A stretch of DNA of 64,000 nt from positions 1-64,000 of the IMG/VR virus record IMGVR_UViG_3300020045_012956, one strand, 5' to 3'. This DNA comes from a virus. Taxonomy: Duplodnaviria; Heunggongvirae; Uroviricota; Caudoviricetes. This document shows, piece after piece, positions 34,610-44,256 of this stretch. The notes below the pieces were generated by a model, which saw nothing but the letters and a program-made list of their open reading frames with translations, was not told where the DNA came from and searched no databases. Made by a program: the position numbers and the translations under genes. The stretch's first letter is position 1; every line of letters begins with the position of its first letter.

Positions 34610-36241
34610 CTATAATGTAGGTTCTTGCATAACCTTATCTTTTTTAATCGATTGCATAAGCCTTAAACGCAAAGACTGTTTATTTGCAAATAATTTACTC
34701 AATTGAAATTTATTTTCTTCTATTAACGGCCTCAAATAATCCTTTGCATAAAAACTGTATAAAATATCATCCAAATTGTACCCACTTTGTTTCAAAAATA
34801 TCTTTTCTTCATCATTTCTAGTAAATAACGGGTCTGTATCAATTAAAAATTCATACATCAATATTAAAGAAGTGTTACCAAAGAAACGTTTTCTATAAAA
34901 TTCCTTATAAATCTCACTTTTCAAGTCTTGCGGTACTTTTGCATTTTCTAATTTTGTAATTTCTTCAATCAAATCACTTTCACTTCTTGTTGAAAATGAT
35001 GTAGGTTTAATAATATTAGGATTTTCAAATGTTTGTTTATTTCTGTAACCCTCGCAAATGAGTAAAAAAGATTCTACAATACGCCAAAAATTGTTACTAA
35101 TTTCTAAATCCATTGAGTCTGCATTTTCTTTGTCAATTGCCTTTGCAACACCACTTTGAGCCTCCATTACGGGTTCTAAATTCAAAGACTCTTCAGTCTT
35201 TTTCCACATCATCTCATAAGCTTGTTGGTAGTTTGTTAATGGTTCAATTGGTGGTGAATGGTACGTAATAGGGGCCGTGTCTTTGATTTCGCTACCATCT
35301 AGTGCAGGATTAGCATTTTTTTCATAATAAACACCATAAGGCGAAGTTGCAAAGGTTACGCAGGTCCCGTGACAAGTGTTACAAGTTGTTTTATCCTCTT
35401 TATTTCCGTGATACCCTTTACCCATACAATCATTGCATTGAGTTTGTTTCATGCTCCTAATAGGATGCCCACACGTAACCATTAAACCTTGCCAGTCATT
35501 GTAATGCTTTATAAACTCATTTGCAAAGCCAACAGCAGCACTAAAAAAAGAATCAAAGCATTTATTAGACTCAATCCAAATACCACCGTTTATAATAGCC
35601 GGAATACGTTCTAAAGAATGCATTGCAAATAGTGAACCTATAAAGTCCCCTTTTTCAGTTTTATTAAATACATAAATACTTTCATTGTCTGCTATCCAAT
35701 AACTTATTTTAGTTTCATCTGACCAAAAAGCAATGTATTCAATATTATTTTCAATAATTAAGTCACTTGATACATAGATTAATCCTATTTCAGGCTTTGC
35801 ATTTGAATCATTTTCGTTGAAAATTGGATAAACAAAATGAAAACCGTTAGGGTCTCTAAATATATTGATAAAAACATAACTTTGTAAATAGTCCATGACT
35901 AACAAGTTATTATATTTCTTTTTACTAAAATATTCTGTTAGATCATTTGACATTGATAAACTGTAATTGTCTTGATTAAAAACTTTGTGACTTGAATCAA
36001 TTGCTTTTCTGAATAATGACATTGTCAAAGGCTCGTAATTGTCTTTACGATATTGTAGAATTAACTCATCTTCATAGGGTCTACGTTTCTCAATTAATGA
36101 ATAAGGGTAACATCCATCAATATGAACTTTCATTTTATCAAGTATTTTTATTTGCTTTTCGTTATTTTTACGAGCGTTAAAAGGTTCTCTTTTTTCAAAT
36201 ATCTGCTTAGCTTTTAATATATCCATTTGTTTTTTTTGCAA
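34610..36241 (-). CDS. large minus-strand protein with a Cys/His cluster (zinc-binding candidate), function unknown
   Basis: 543 aa with normal composition. Cluster 'CGHPIRSMKQTQCNDCMGKGYHGNKEDKTTCNTCHGTC'. Divergent promoter region at 36242-36330. Confidence 0.45.
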   Translation of the reverse strand: MQKKQMDILKAKQIFEKREPFNARKNNEKQIKILDKMKVHIDGCYPYSLIEKRRPYEDELILQYRKDNYEPLTMSLFRKAIDSSHKVFNQDNYSLSMSNDLTEYFSKKKYNNLLVMDYLQSYVFINIFRDPNGFHFVYPIFNENDSNAKPEIGLIYVSSDLIIENNIEYIAFWSDETKISYWIADNESIYVFNKTEKGDFIGSLFAMHSLERIPAIINGGIWIESNKCFDSFFSAAVGFANEFIKHYNDWQGLMVTCGHPIRSMKQTQCNDCMGKGYHGNKEDKTTCNTCHGTCVTFATSPYGVYYEKNANPALDGSEIKDTAPITYHSPPIEPLTNYQQAYEMMWKKTEESLNLEPVMEAQSGVAKAIDKENADSMDLEISNNFWRIVESFLLICEGYRNKQTFENPNIIKPTSFSTRSESDLIEEITKLENAKVPQDLKSEIYKEFYRKRFFGNTSLILMYEFLIDTDPLFTRNDEEKIFLKQSGYNLDDILYSFYAKDYLRPLIEENKFQLSKLFANKQSLRLRLMQSIKKDKVMQEPTL

Positions 36242-36330
36242 AGTTAATAAAATATTTTTTAGTTAAGTCTAAATAAAATTATTGAATTGATTTATAGATA
36301 GTTATAATTTTATTTTTTAAGTTTTGTTAA

Positions 36331-36358
36331 TTGTATTACAAAAAGTATTAACTTTGTA
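36331..36358 (+). promoter_or_regulatory. early promoter (conserved family)
   Basis: ttgtattacaaaaagtattaactttgta. Confidence 0.5.
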
Positions 36359-36395
36359 AAAAATAATCATACACTTTAATAACAATAGTATCAGA

Positions 36396-37217
36396 ATGAG
36401 TATTTATAAAAAATTACATAATATACAAGCTACAATAATTGGATTGGCAAAAGACAAATCTAGCAATAATTATAAATATGTTACTGGAGCAAAAGTATTA
36501 GACTATATTAAACCATTAATGAATAATCTTGGTTTAATCTTAAAACAAGAGATATTGTCAATTGATAATGAACGTCAAGATTATAAAATAGGTGTAAATA
36601 CCCCAAATGAAAAAATTAAATCTGAAATACTTACAAAAGTAATGATGAGGTTCACTTGGATAGATATTGAGACTGGAGAAAAAGATGAAAATCTTTTTGG
36701 AGCTAATGGTCAAAACGACTGGGAAAAGGGGTTAGGTTCTGCTTTAACATATGGAGAAAGATATTTTTTACTTAAATATTTTCATATTGCAACTGATGAG
36801 GACGATATTGATAATCCTGAAAGAAAACAAGAAGAATTAAAACTTCAAAAAGAAGAGGAAGAAAGAATTAAAGGGTTGGAAAATGATTTTAGAAAATGTG
36901 ATTCCGAAAAATCATTAAAAGAAAAGTATTTAGAATTATCTGAAATTGATAAAAAGAAATTTAGTAAATTAGTTTCTGAATTAAAGGAAACTATAAAAAA
37001 TAAAGCTCCAATAAGTCAAGACAAAATTAAAACAGTAGAGTTAATGCCCTCAAGTGATTCTAAAAAGTGGTACAAAGTAACGTTTTTAACAGGCTTAAAC
37101 GGTGTTATTTGTAGTGATGTTGAATTGCAATTAGTTGAAAATCAGGTATTAAAATTCAATATTGAAAAGAAAAACGGTAAAAATGGAGAGTGGAATTTAA
37201 TTAATTTGGTAAAATAA
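36396..37217 (+). CDS. erf: ERF-family single-strand annealing protein
   Basis: The N-terminus 'LHNIQATIIGLAKDKSSNNYKYVTGAKVLDYIKPLMNNLGL' matches the ERF signature (IQ..L...K...N.YKY.....VL..IKPL...GL). Confidence 0.55.
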   Translation: MSIYKKLHNIQATIIGLAKDKSSNNYKYVTGAKVLDYIKPLMNNLGLILKQEILSIDNERQDYKIGVNTPNEKIKSEILTKVMMRFTWIDIETGEKDENLFGANGQNDWEKGLGSALTYGERYFLLKYFHIATDEDDIDNPERKQEELKLQKEEEERIKGLENDFRKCDSEKSLKEKYLELSEIDKKKFSKLVSELKETIKNKAPISQDKIKTVELMPSSDSKKWYKVTFLTGLNGVICSDVELQLVENQVLKFNIEKKNGKNGEWNLINLVK

Positions 37218-37247
37218 TTATGGAATTCATTTTAATTATATAAAATT

Positions 37248-37922
37248 ATGAACGTAGAAATAGTTGCAAAAACGGTCGGAGTAGGTAAATACTCCGACCT
37301 AAACAGTGAAGAAATAGTTGCAGCAATTGCAAGGCACGGAATTATTAAAGAGGATAATGGAAAGCTTATAAAATATTTGATGGATAATAAGCACCTCAGC
37401 CCCCTTGATATGATTAACTTTGTTTTTGAGATTGAGACAAGCCTAAGCATTGGTAGACAATTACTAAGACATGCAAGTATTAAGCCACAAGAGCATTCGT
37501 TAAGATACTCTAAATCAATTGGTTTTGAACCTTTTGAACTTAGAAAAGAGGACTCTAAAAATAGACAAAGTAGTACAGAAGTATTTGATCCATTAATTAC
37601 ATTAAGCGACAATATAATCCATAATTTACCAGCGTCAAAACAAATAGAGATTCTATTACAAGATATTGAAAATCTATATAATAGATTGATTGAATCTGGA
37701 GTTGCAAAGGAGTGCGCACGCTTTATTTTACCAAATTGTACTAAAACTATAATGAGTTTTAACGGTACTTTAAGAAGTTGGTTAAGCTTGTTAAATGTTA
37801 GGTGTGATATTCATAGTCAATATGAAATTCGTGTAATTGCAAATGAAATTGGATTGATTCTAGAATCTGAAATGCCAAATGTTTTCGCTCAAATTGATTG
37901 GAGAAAAGGAATGTTTTTATAA
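37248..37922 (+). CDS. thyX: ThyX-like flavin-dependent thymidylate synthase
   Basis: 224 aa. 'LRHASIKPQEHSLRYS' fits the ThyX RHRx7SxRY signature with Ala at the third position. Confidence 0.5.
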   Translation: MNVEIVAKTVGVGKYSDLNSEEIVAAIARHGIIKEDNGKLIKYLMDNKHLSPLDMINFVFEIETSLSIGRQLLRHASIKPQEHSLRYSKSIGFEPFELRKEDSKNRQSSTEVFDPLITLSDNIIHNLPASKQIEILLQDIENLYNRLIESGVAKECARFILPNCTKTIMSFNGTLRSWLSLLNVRCDIHSQYEIRVIANEIGLILESEMPNVFAQIDWRKGMFL

Positions 37923-37928
37923 AATATA

Positions 37929-38315
37929 ATGGACCATATACACCACCCAAAACACTATAATTCACAGCCTATTGAGACTATTTGCATAACTGAAATGTAT
38001 TTAGGTAATATTTCCAATTTAATAAAATACCTTTGGAGGTGCGACCTAAAAGATACTAAAATAGACAATTTGCAAAAAGCTTTAGTATATTTGCAACGTG
38101 AAATTAAAAGAATGCAAAGAATTAATATTCCTAAGAGGTACAAAGCTAATCCAGAACTATACGATTTGCCTAAAACCTACAAAGAATTAAATCTAACCTT
38201 CAATGAAAATATTGATAAAATATTAAGCATTGTTTATCCAAGTTATACACATAATGACTTATTGAAAATTGAGAAAATACTTATTCAAGAAATAGAAAAT
38301 TGTAAAAATGAATAG
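37929..38315 (+). CDS. hypothetical protein
   Basis: 128 aa. Confidence 0.3.
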   Translation: MDHIHHPKHYNSQPIETICITEMYLGNISNLIKYLWRCDLKDTKIDNLQKALVYLQREIKRMQRINIPKRYKANPELYDLPKTYKELNLTFNENIDKILSIVYPSYTHNDLLKIEKILIQEIENCKNE

Positions 38316-38433
38316 AGCACAAAAAAGACAACAGCAAAAACTAGAAAATGATCTAGTAAAAAAACGAGCTATCAGAAAACAATTAGCAGCTCACGGACAT
38401 TCTGAAACTATTATTAATCAAATCGTTAAATAA
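38308..38433 (+). CDS. small basic protein (41 aa), not in the ORF track
   Basis: MNRAQKRQQQKLENDLVKKRAIRKQLAAHGHSETIINQIVK, overlapping the upstream stop. Confidence 0.25.
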   Translation: MNRAQKRQQQKLENDLVKKRAIRKQLAAHGHSETIINQIVK

Positions 38434-38438
38434 TCAAA

Positions 38439-38846
38439 ATGAGACAATTTATTTCAATCGACGAGTTAGAAGGTATTGCAGATTGTATAGAACCTAAAAG
38501 TTATACAAAACAATACGACCCGCAAGAGATTCAAGAATTAGAATCTAAACTATCAGCAAACACTATTTTACTTAGTGATATTGAAGCTGAAAAAAAAGAA
38601 TTTATGGAAACAATCAAATTCAGGCAAAAACCTTTGCAAAAAGAAAATGAAACATTGATTGAAGACATTAAATTTGGAAGTAAAGCAGTAACAGAAGACT
38701 GTTACAAAGTAATTGAGAGAGATACTAAACAAGCCTTATATTATAATAAAAAAGGTTATTTAATTGACTCTAGAGTTGCTAAAAAAGAAGAAATGCAAAC
38801 AACAATTTTTGAACTAAATAAAAATACTGGAAATGGAGACTACTGA
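38439..38846 (+). CDS. hypothetical protein
   Basis: 135 aa. Confidence 0.3.
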   Translation: MRQFISIDELEGIADCIEPKSYTKQYDPQEIQELESKLSANTILLSDIEAEKKEFMETIKFRQKPLQKENETLIEDIKFGSKAVTEDCYKVIERDTKQALYYNKKGYLIDSRVAKKEEMQTTIFELNKNTGNGDY

Positions 38847-39519
38847 ATTTAAAGAAATCGTAGAAAGACAAGGAAAGGCACTTGAATTAAAAGAGCCTGT
38901 TAAATTGGTTGTTGATGGGGACATTAACGCTGTTATTGACTATCTAGAAACAAGACATGAAACTTTTGATCATAAAAAGGCTGTTATTTTGTTTGATAGA
39001 AGTAATTTAACTATTAAGTTTATTGAGTCGCAAAATGACTTTTATTCAACTGAAATTAAAGCAAGTCTAAAATATAATCCAAAGTTTTTAGAGTTTAGAA
39101 TTAACACTGGAGAATATCAAGCACCTCAAAAGTTATCTGAATTCTATAAAATGAATCGTAGTTGTTTCTTGGATATTTCAGATGCTGGAATTTTAGCAGG
39201 GCAGTTGAAAAACATTAATGCTAAGATTAGTAAAGAAGTTGACAAACAAAACGACAATAGAGGCAATATAAGAGACTTAAAAGCAACAACAGCAGAAACT
39301 AACGTTGCTAAAACTTTTAAGCTTAATATTCCTGTATTCAAAGGATTAGAGAAACAAGTTTTAGAAGTTGAATTATATTTTGATCCTGATTCATTGAATT
39401 TTGCGTGCGTTTCTCCAATGGTTAATGATTCGATTGAACAATATAAGGAAACTGTATTTAACGACCTTAAAAAGCATATTAAAGGGCTTTATAAAGAAAT
39501 CACTATTATTGAGGTGTAA
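38833..39519 (+). CDS. hypothetical protein
   Basis: 228 aa. Confidence 0.35.
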   Translation: METTEFKEIVERQGKALELKEPVKLVVDGDINAVIDYLETRHETFDHKKAVILFDRSNLTIKFIESQNDFYSTEIKASLKYNPKFLEFRINTGEYQAPQKLSEFYKMNRSCFLDISDAGILAGQLKNINAKISKEVDKQNDNRGNIRDLKATTAETNVAKTFKLNIPVFKGLEKQVLEVELYFDPDSLNFACVSPMVNDSIEQYKETVFNDLKKHIKGLYKEITIIEV

Positions 39520-39540
39520 TCATTTTGTATTAATATTTTT

Positions 39541-39598
39541 AACCCTTGCATTAATTTGCGAGGGTTTTTTAATTAAAAAAGCTGCTAATAATAGCAGC
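39541..39598. terminator. tandem hairpin terminators (the second reads as a terminator on the minus strand)
   Basis: Hairpin aaccct-tgcattaatttgcg-agggtt with T-run, then gctgcta-ataa-tagcagc flanked by an A-run upstream. Confidence 0.5.
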
Positions 39599-39810
39599 CT
39601 TAAAATAGTTAAAAATCAAAAAGAATGATAGACGTTTTGCAAAGATAGTTAAAATGAATTGATAAAAAGAAAAATAAAAAATAAGTTAAAATTATTCTTA
39701 TTGATTTACAGTAACTTACAGAAAATAATTATTTTTTATTATAAATTTTATTCTAAAAATTAGGATAAAAAATAAATAGCTTGTATGTTTGTAACGTAAT
39801 CAAAAAGAAA

Positions 39811-39978
39811 TGAAAAAAAGCGAAGTTAAAAAAATAGAAATATTAAAAGCTAAACTTGAGAAAATTCAAGATCAATTGAGAGATATTGCAGATAATAATA
39901 ATCTAGATGATGATTCTGAAATTAGATTAGCTGCATTTAATTTAGATGATGTTATTTACCCTTTAGAACGTTTATGAA
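39811..39978 (+). CDS. small acidic protein (55 aa), not in the ORF track
   Basis: MKKSEVKKIEILKAKLEKIQDQLRDIADNNNLDDDSEIRLAAFNLDDVIYPLERL, overlapping the next start via ATGA. A weaker promoter-family match 'ttgtatgtttgtaacg' lies upstream. Confidence 0.25.
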
Positions 39979-40354
39979 TAATAATAAAGAAATACTAGAA
40001 TTGAATATTAGATGCGCTGAATTTTTAGGAATGGAAAATGATGCTTATATATTAAAAAAAATAATTGAAAAAGAAAGATTTGATATAAGTCCACATCTTA
40101 GTTTTCATTATGATTGGAATTCAATAATGGAAGTATCTCAATGTATTGTATCTGAAGGATTTAGACTATATACTATTTCTCATGAATCATTTAGTAGATG
40201 TGTTTTTACTGACATGTCAATTATAGAACAAAAACATAGTTTTGGAGGCGGAAATATTGTATCTGATAGTGGTGAATGTATTTCTTATAAAGAATCGTTG
40301 ATTATATCAATAAATAATTTTTTAATTTGGTATTATGCAAACCATAATTTATAA
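39974..40354 (+). CDS. hypothetical protein
   Basis: 126 aa. Confidence 0.3.
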   Translation: MNNNKEILELNIRCAEFLGMENDAYILKKIIEKERFDISPHLSFHYDWNSIMEVSQCIVSEGFRLYTISHESFSRCVFTDMSIIEQKHSFGGGNIVSDSGECISYKESLIISINNFLIWYYANHNL

Positions 40355-40357
40355 GCT

Positions 40358-40693
40358 ATGAGAGTTCAATTATATTGGAAAAAAGAATTTTCTTATAGGC
40401 TTATATATATTGAAAATTCAGAACTTAAATTATTAGAAGATGGATGGCTACCAAAATTAGTTGCAAGTTTAGGAAAAGAAAAAGTATATTTTGTTGGCTT
40501 GGATGAAAAAGAACGTCCAATTATTGAAATGAGTATCAGTCTATTTGAAAAATTAAAAAACGAATTAGAATTTATTGGACATTGTGAAAATTTAAGGAGG
40601 ATAAAATTTGTAAGGCAAGGCCAGATAATTTTAGATTATTTATGCAATTCAAAGTATAATTTAATTGACAATGATTTAGATAATGAAAACTAA
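40358..40693 (+). CDS. hypothetical protein
   Basis: 111 aa. Confidence 0.3.
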   Translation: MRVQLYWKKEFSYRLIYIENSELKLLEDGWLPKLVASLGKEKVYFVGLDEKERPIIEMSISLFEKLKNELEFIGHCENLRRIKFVRQGQIILDYLCNSKYNLIDNDLDNEN

Positions 40694-40722
40694 TATATAA
40701 ATAATTAAAAAGAAATAATAAA

Positions 40723-40950
40723 ATGATGGCAATTCAAAAAAAATCTTTGCAACATGTATCAAAAATATTAAGATCAGTTGATTCTTATCCAATTTATAGA
40801 GCACTTTCAGAGGCTATGAAAGAAGCTGAAATCGATAATGGCATTATGTTAGGTATATTAAATGTGTATCAAGAAGCTATGTCTAATGAACTTAATAAAA
40901 TAACCGATTCAAAAGATTGGATTGATACATTAATTAGCGATATCAAATAA
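40723..40950 (+). CDS. hypothetical protein
   Basis: 75 aa. Confidence 0.3.
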   Translation: MMAIQKKSLQHVSKILRSVDSYPIYRALSEAMKEAEIDNGIMLGILNVYQEAMSNELNKITDSKDWIDTLISDIK

Positions 40951-41189
40951 TGCAAAATACAATTGAAAAAATGAACATCACTATTAAACAATTAGTGATG
41001 TTCTTAACTGACAACAACTATGTAAACATGGTTGTAAATGGTAATGATACAATTAACAATTCTGATGCAAGAAAATTATTAATTGAACAAACTAATCAAA
41101 ATTTGCAAATTGATGCTTACTTTCATACAAGCTTTTATAAGCAAATCATAGGATTTACGACTGAAAAATATATCTCAATAACTTTATAA
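40950..41189 (+). CDS. hypothetical protein
   Basis: 79 aa. Confidence 0.3.
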   Translation: MQNTIEKMNITIKQLVMFLTDNNYVNMVVNGNDTINNSDARKLLIEQTNQNLQIDAYFHTSFYKQIIGFTTEKYISITL

Positions 41190-41191
41190 AA

Positions 41192-41395
41192 ATGAGTAAT
41201 TATTTAGAAATTGCAAACGCCTGCCAAATTAGCGAACAAACAGTTAAAAAGGTTCTTCTATATGAAAATTGCGATAATCTTATAACTCAATATTGTGTTT
41301 ATTTGGCACTAAAGGAGTCAAAGGAAAAACCTTTAACTAGAGACTTTTTAATTGATAAGATTTTTGAACTTAAACAAGAATTAGAAATAGAATGA
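41192..41395 (+). CDS. hypothetical protein
   Basis: 67 aa. Confidence 0.3.
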   Translation: MSNYLEIANACQISEQTVKKVLLYENCDNLITQYCVYLALKESKEKPLTRDFLIDKIFELKQELEIE

Positions 41396-41577
41396 AAAGC
41401 ATTCAAAAATTTATTGAAATTCCTTGTAACTTTTGTGATCACATTATAAAAGTTAATAAAACTAACATAGATTATTCAATCAAAAATAATAAATGTTATT
41501 ATGCATCGTGCTGCAAATGTAAAAATAAAAATAAATTAGTTAAAAATGAAAAGGATAGTATTAATATTGATAGTTAG
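41392..41577 (+). CDS. small Cys-rich protein (zinc-ribbon-like)
   Basis: 'CNFCDH...CYYASCCKC' as two CxxC-type pairs. Confidence 0.3.
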   Translation: MKSIQKFIEIPCNFCDHIIKVNKTNIDYSIKNNKCYYASCCKCKNKNKLVKNEKDSINIDS

Positions 41578-41779
41578 TTTATTTGGCTGCAAGTATAAAA
41601 CAAAGGACATTAAACCACGTTTCAAAGTAATTGCAAATGAATTAGGAGTTTATAAAAGTGTTGAATGTGATTCATTCTACTTTGTAAATCAAACTGAAAT
41701 AAACTACTTTGTAAAAGGTAGTGAGGGTACAATAGAATCAAAAGAACTAATTGTAATTGATAAGCATGAAGGAATATAA
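41546..41779 (+). CDS. small lipoprotein
   Basis: 'MKRIVLILIVSLFGC' with a lipobox (LFGC). Confidence 0.35.
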   Translation: MKRIVLILIVSLFGCKYKTKDIKPRFKVIANELGVYKSVECDSFYFVNQTEINYFVKGSEGTIESKELIVIDKHEGI

Positions 41780-42029
41780 TTATTTTATTAAATGTAGGGT
41801 TAGAATCTATGTTGAACACATTTTGAAACATAACTATGTAGTTAATAGCATGTTGGAATATCCTAATTCTGTAATTATAGCACTTCAAAAAGCGCAAAAT
41901 AAGATTATTAGAAGTGTTGATGTTGAAATGTATCATTACATAATACCATTTTTGTATGAGATTTGCGAATTAGAAAGTAATGAAATTGTAAGTTTTGAAT
42001 TTGTAATTTATAAAGAGTTAAAAAAATGA
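41757..42029 (+). CDS. hypothetical protein
   Basis: 90 aa. Confidence 0.3.
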   Translation: MISMKEYNYFIKCRVRIYVEHILKHNYVVNSMLEYPNSVIIALQKAQNKIIRSVDVEMYHYIIPFLYEICELESNEIVSFEFVIYKELKK

Positions 42030-42280
42030 TAGCGAAATTAATCGAGATTAAAAACGGTTTAGAACGTAGCAGAAAGGCTGCTAAATCTCTTTTAGGAGAA
42101 AATTATAATGAAAGTATATCTAATTGGATTGAGCACCTTAAAAAGGCTGCAAATGACTTAGACACAACAGAATTAAACGCATTATTAGTAATTTCAGATA
42201 GTGAAACTTACAAAAATGATGGAATGATGCAATTAATGTTAACGGCCGCTTTGTGTGAAATATTAAACCCAGTTGAATAA
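42026..42280 (+). CDS. hypothetical protein
   Basis: 84 aa. Confidence 0.3.
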   Translation: MIAKLIEIKNGLERSRKAAKSLLGENYNESISNWIEHLKKAANDLDTTELNALLVISDSETYKNDGMMQLMLTAALCEILNPVE

Positions 42281-42599
42281 AATGAATATAGATTATAAAT
42301 TAGACTTGTATAATAAAATTAAAGATTATCAAGAATTTGCAAATGAAAATGATAGTTTATTGGTAATTCAACACAATCCAATTGTTGGAGATGCTTTTTT
42401 AGTGATTCATGGAGAAATTGAGAATTTAGCTGCATTGTTTTGCATCAAAGATTATATTCAACATGATGATCCAAATGATTTACAATGTCATAATTCTGTT
42501 AAAGTTGCAATATTAAATATTGCAGTAAACATGATTAATAATGATGTTAATATTAAAGAAGCTTTTATAAAAGCATTAAAATTAAAACCAATTGAATAA
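42273..42599 (+). CDS. hypothetical protein
   Basis: 108 aa. Confidence 0.3.
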   Translation: MNKMNIDYKLDLYNKIKDYQEFANENDSLLVIQHNPIVGDAFLVIHGEIENLAALFCIKDYIQHDDPNDLQCHNSVKVAILNIAVNMINNDVNIKEAFIKALKLKPIE

Positions 42600-42855
42600 A
42601 ATGGAATACGAAAAAATAACAGTACAGTTAAATTGTGGTTACTGGATTAGAATATTATGTAGTGAAACATCACTAAAATATATCTTTGACAACTATAATG
42701 ATTTTACAGATTTTATCAATTATGTAAAAGATTTAATTGATACATTTGGATTAAATTCAATTTTGTATCAAAAAATAGCATTGTTTGAGAATGAAATTAC
42801 TATTAGTCATTTCTTTTTTAACCCAAATAAAAACATAACTATTTTCATAGAATAA
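42592..42855 (+). CDS. hypothetical protein
   Basis: 87 aa. Confidence 0.3.
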   Translation: MNKMEYEKITVQLNCGYWIRILCSETSLKYIFDNYNDFTDFINYVKDLIDTFGLNSILYQKIALFENEITISHFFFNPNKNITIFIE

Positions 42856-42921
42856 AATTATTTAACTCATAATCAACAACTTACGCAAAACTTGTAAATT
42901 TATTTTACAAGTTTTGTTTTT

Positions 42922-42949
42922 TTGTATTACTAAATCATTTATCTTTGTA
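42922..42949 (+). promoter_or_regulatory. early promoter (conserved family, divergent spacer)
   Basis: ttgtattactaaatcatttatctttgta. Confidence 0.45.
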
Positions 42950-42967
42950 GCATAATCAAAAAGAAAA

Positions 42968-43609
42968 ATGAATACTTACTCAAAATATTGCCCTAATGTT
43001 TTTGTAGCAAAATGCACAGAAACACACTCCAAAGGAGATTTAGTAGTACTTACAACAAAGTACGGAAAAGAAAACGAGGTTATTATTTTTAACCTTATAT
43101 TTGAAAAGGATGGATTTTTTTATTATTCATTTGTAAGGGCTGACGGTTTTAATTCTCAGGAATACGCAAAAAAAAGAGCTGAAAAATTAGAAAACCAAGC
43201 AAGTAAAAAAGAGGCTAAGAGTGACGAATACTGGAAAGCATCTGACGAAGGTAAAGACTTTTTAGTACTTGCAGAACCTATCAAAATAGGGCACCACTCA
43301 GAAAAAAGACATAGAGCATTGATAGAACGAAACCATAACAGAATGAATAAAGCTGTTGAATTATCAAAAGAAGCTGAAACAATTGAACAACGTGCAGAAT
43401 ATTGGAGTAAGAAGGCAAATAATATTGATTTGTCGATGCCTGAAAGTTTGGAATATTATGAGTTTTTATTGGAACAAGCAAACGCAAAACATCAAGGGTT
43501 AAAAAATGGTACAATTCAAAAAGAGCATTCTTATTCATTAACATACGCAAAAAAAGAAGTTAATGAGATTCAAAAAAAATTAGATATTGCAATTAAACTT
43601 TGGAATTAA
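42968..43609 (+). CDS. hypothetical protein
   Basis: 213 aa. Confidence 0.35.
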   Translation: MNTYSKYCPNVFVAKCTETHSKGDLVVLTTKYGKENEVIIFNLIFEKDGFFYYSFVRADGFNSQEYAKKRAEKLENQASKKEAKSDEYWKASDEGKDFLVLAEPIKIGHHSEKRHRALIERNHNRMNKAVELSKEAETIEQRAEYWSKKANNIDLSMPESLEYYEFLLEQANAKHQGLKNGTIQKEHSYSLTYAKKEVNEIQKKLDIAIKLWN

Positions 43610-44010
43610 AAAATAAGGGACTCGAAAGGGTCCCACTTAAAAACATGAATAAAGAACTTAATCACAGAATTTGCGAGCTTTACAATTATAACATTGGTAT
43701 TGCCTTAAATATATTATTTGACTGTATTAATACAGAAAATAATTTGAGTCGATTAGAAGCGGCTAAAAAGCTAATTACAAGAGAAATTGAATTAGAAAGG
43801 TTTGAATATTGGATTGAACCAACTGATTATAATTTGCCTAGATGCTTTGATAGTACAGAACCTGAATTTGAACAGTATTTTGAAGTATTGTCTAATAATA
43901 TTTATAGTGCAATACATTATTTGTATGGTGGTTATAATGAAATTAGATTAATGAAATGTTTAGATTGTATTGAAAATGAAATAAAAAGAATATCTATTTT
44001 AATTTCGTAA
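43600..44010 (+). CDS. hypothetical protein
   Basis: 136 aa. Confidence 0.3.
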   Translation: MELKNKGLERVPLKNMNKELNHRICELYNYNIGIALNILFDCINTENNLSRLEAAKKLITREIELERFEYWIEPTDYNLPRCFDSTEPEFEQYFEVLSNNIYSAIHYLYGGYNEIRLMKCLDCIENEIKRISILIS

Positions 44011-44028
44011 AATCAATCTAGAAAAGAA

Positions 44029-44058
44029 AAGCATTTTGGTAACTGAATGCTTTTTTTT
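44029..44058 (+). terminator. rho-independent terminator
   Basis: Hairpin aagcatt-ttggtaactg-aatgctt followed by 'tttttttt'. Confidence 0.55.
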
Positions 44059-44108
44059 GCATCAAAAAATAAATAACTCATAAAATTCAACAACTCGCAT
44101 TTTATAAA

Positions 44109-44146
44109 ACACCCCTTATAACGAAACTTCTAAGGGGTGTAAAAAA
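44109..44146. terminator. 10-bp hairpin with a flanking A-run (minus-strand-oriented terminator or structured element)
   Basis: Hairpin acacccctta-taacgaaacttc-taaggggtgt followed by 'aaaaaa'. Confidence 0.4.
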
Positions 44147-44256
44147 TACTTATAAAAATTATTTGTTTGATTATCAAAGTGTTATGATTTTTATTAAAAA
44201 TAAATTTGAATGTTAATTTTATTTGTGCTAATTTTACGCATAAATAAAAAATAAAT

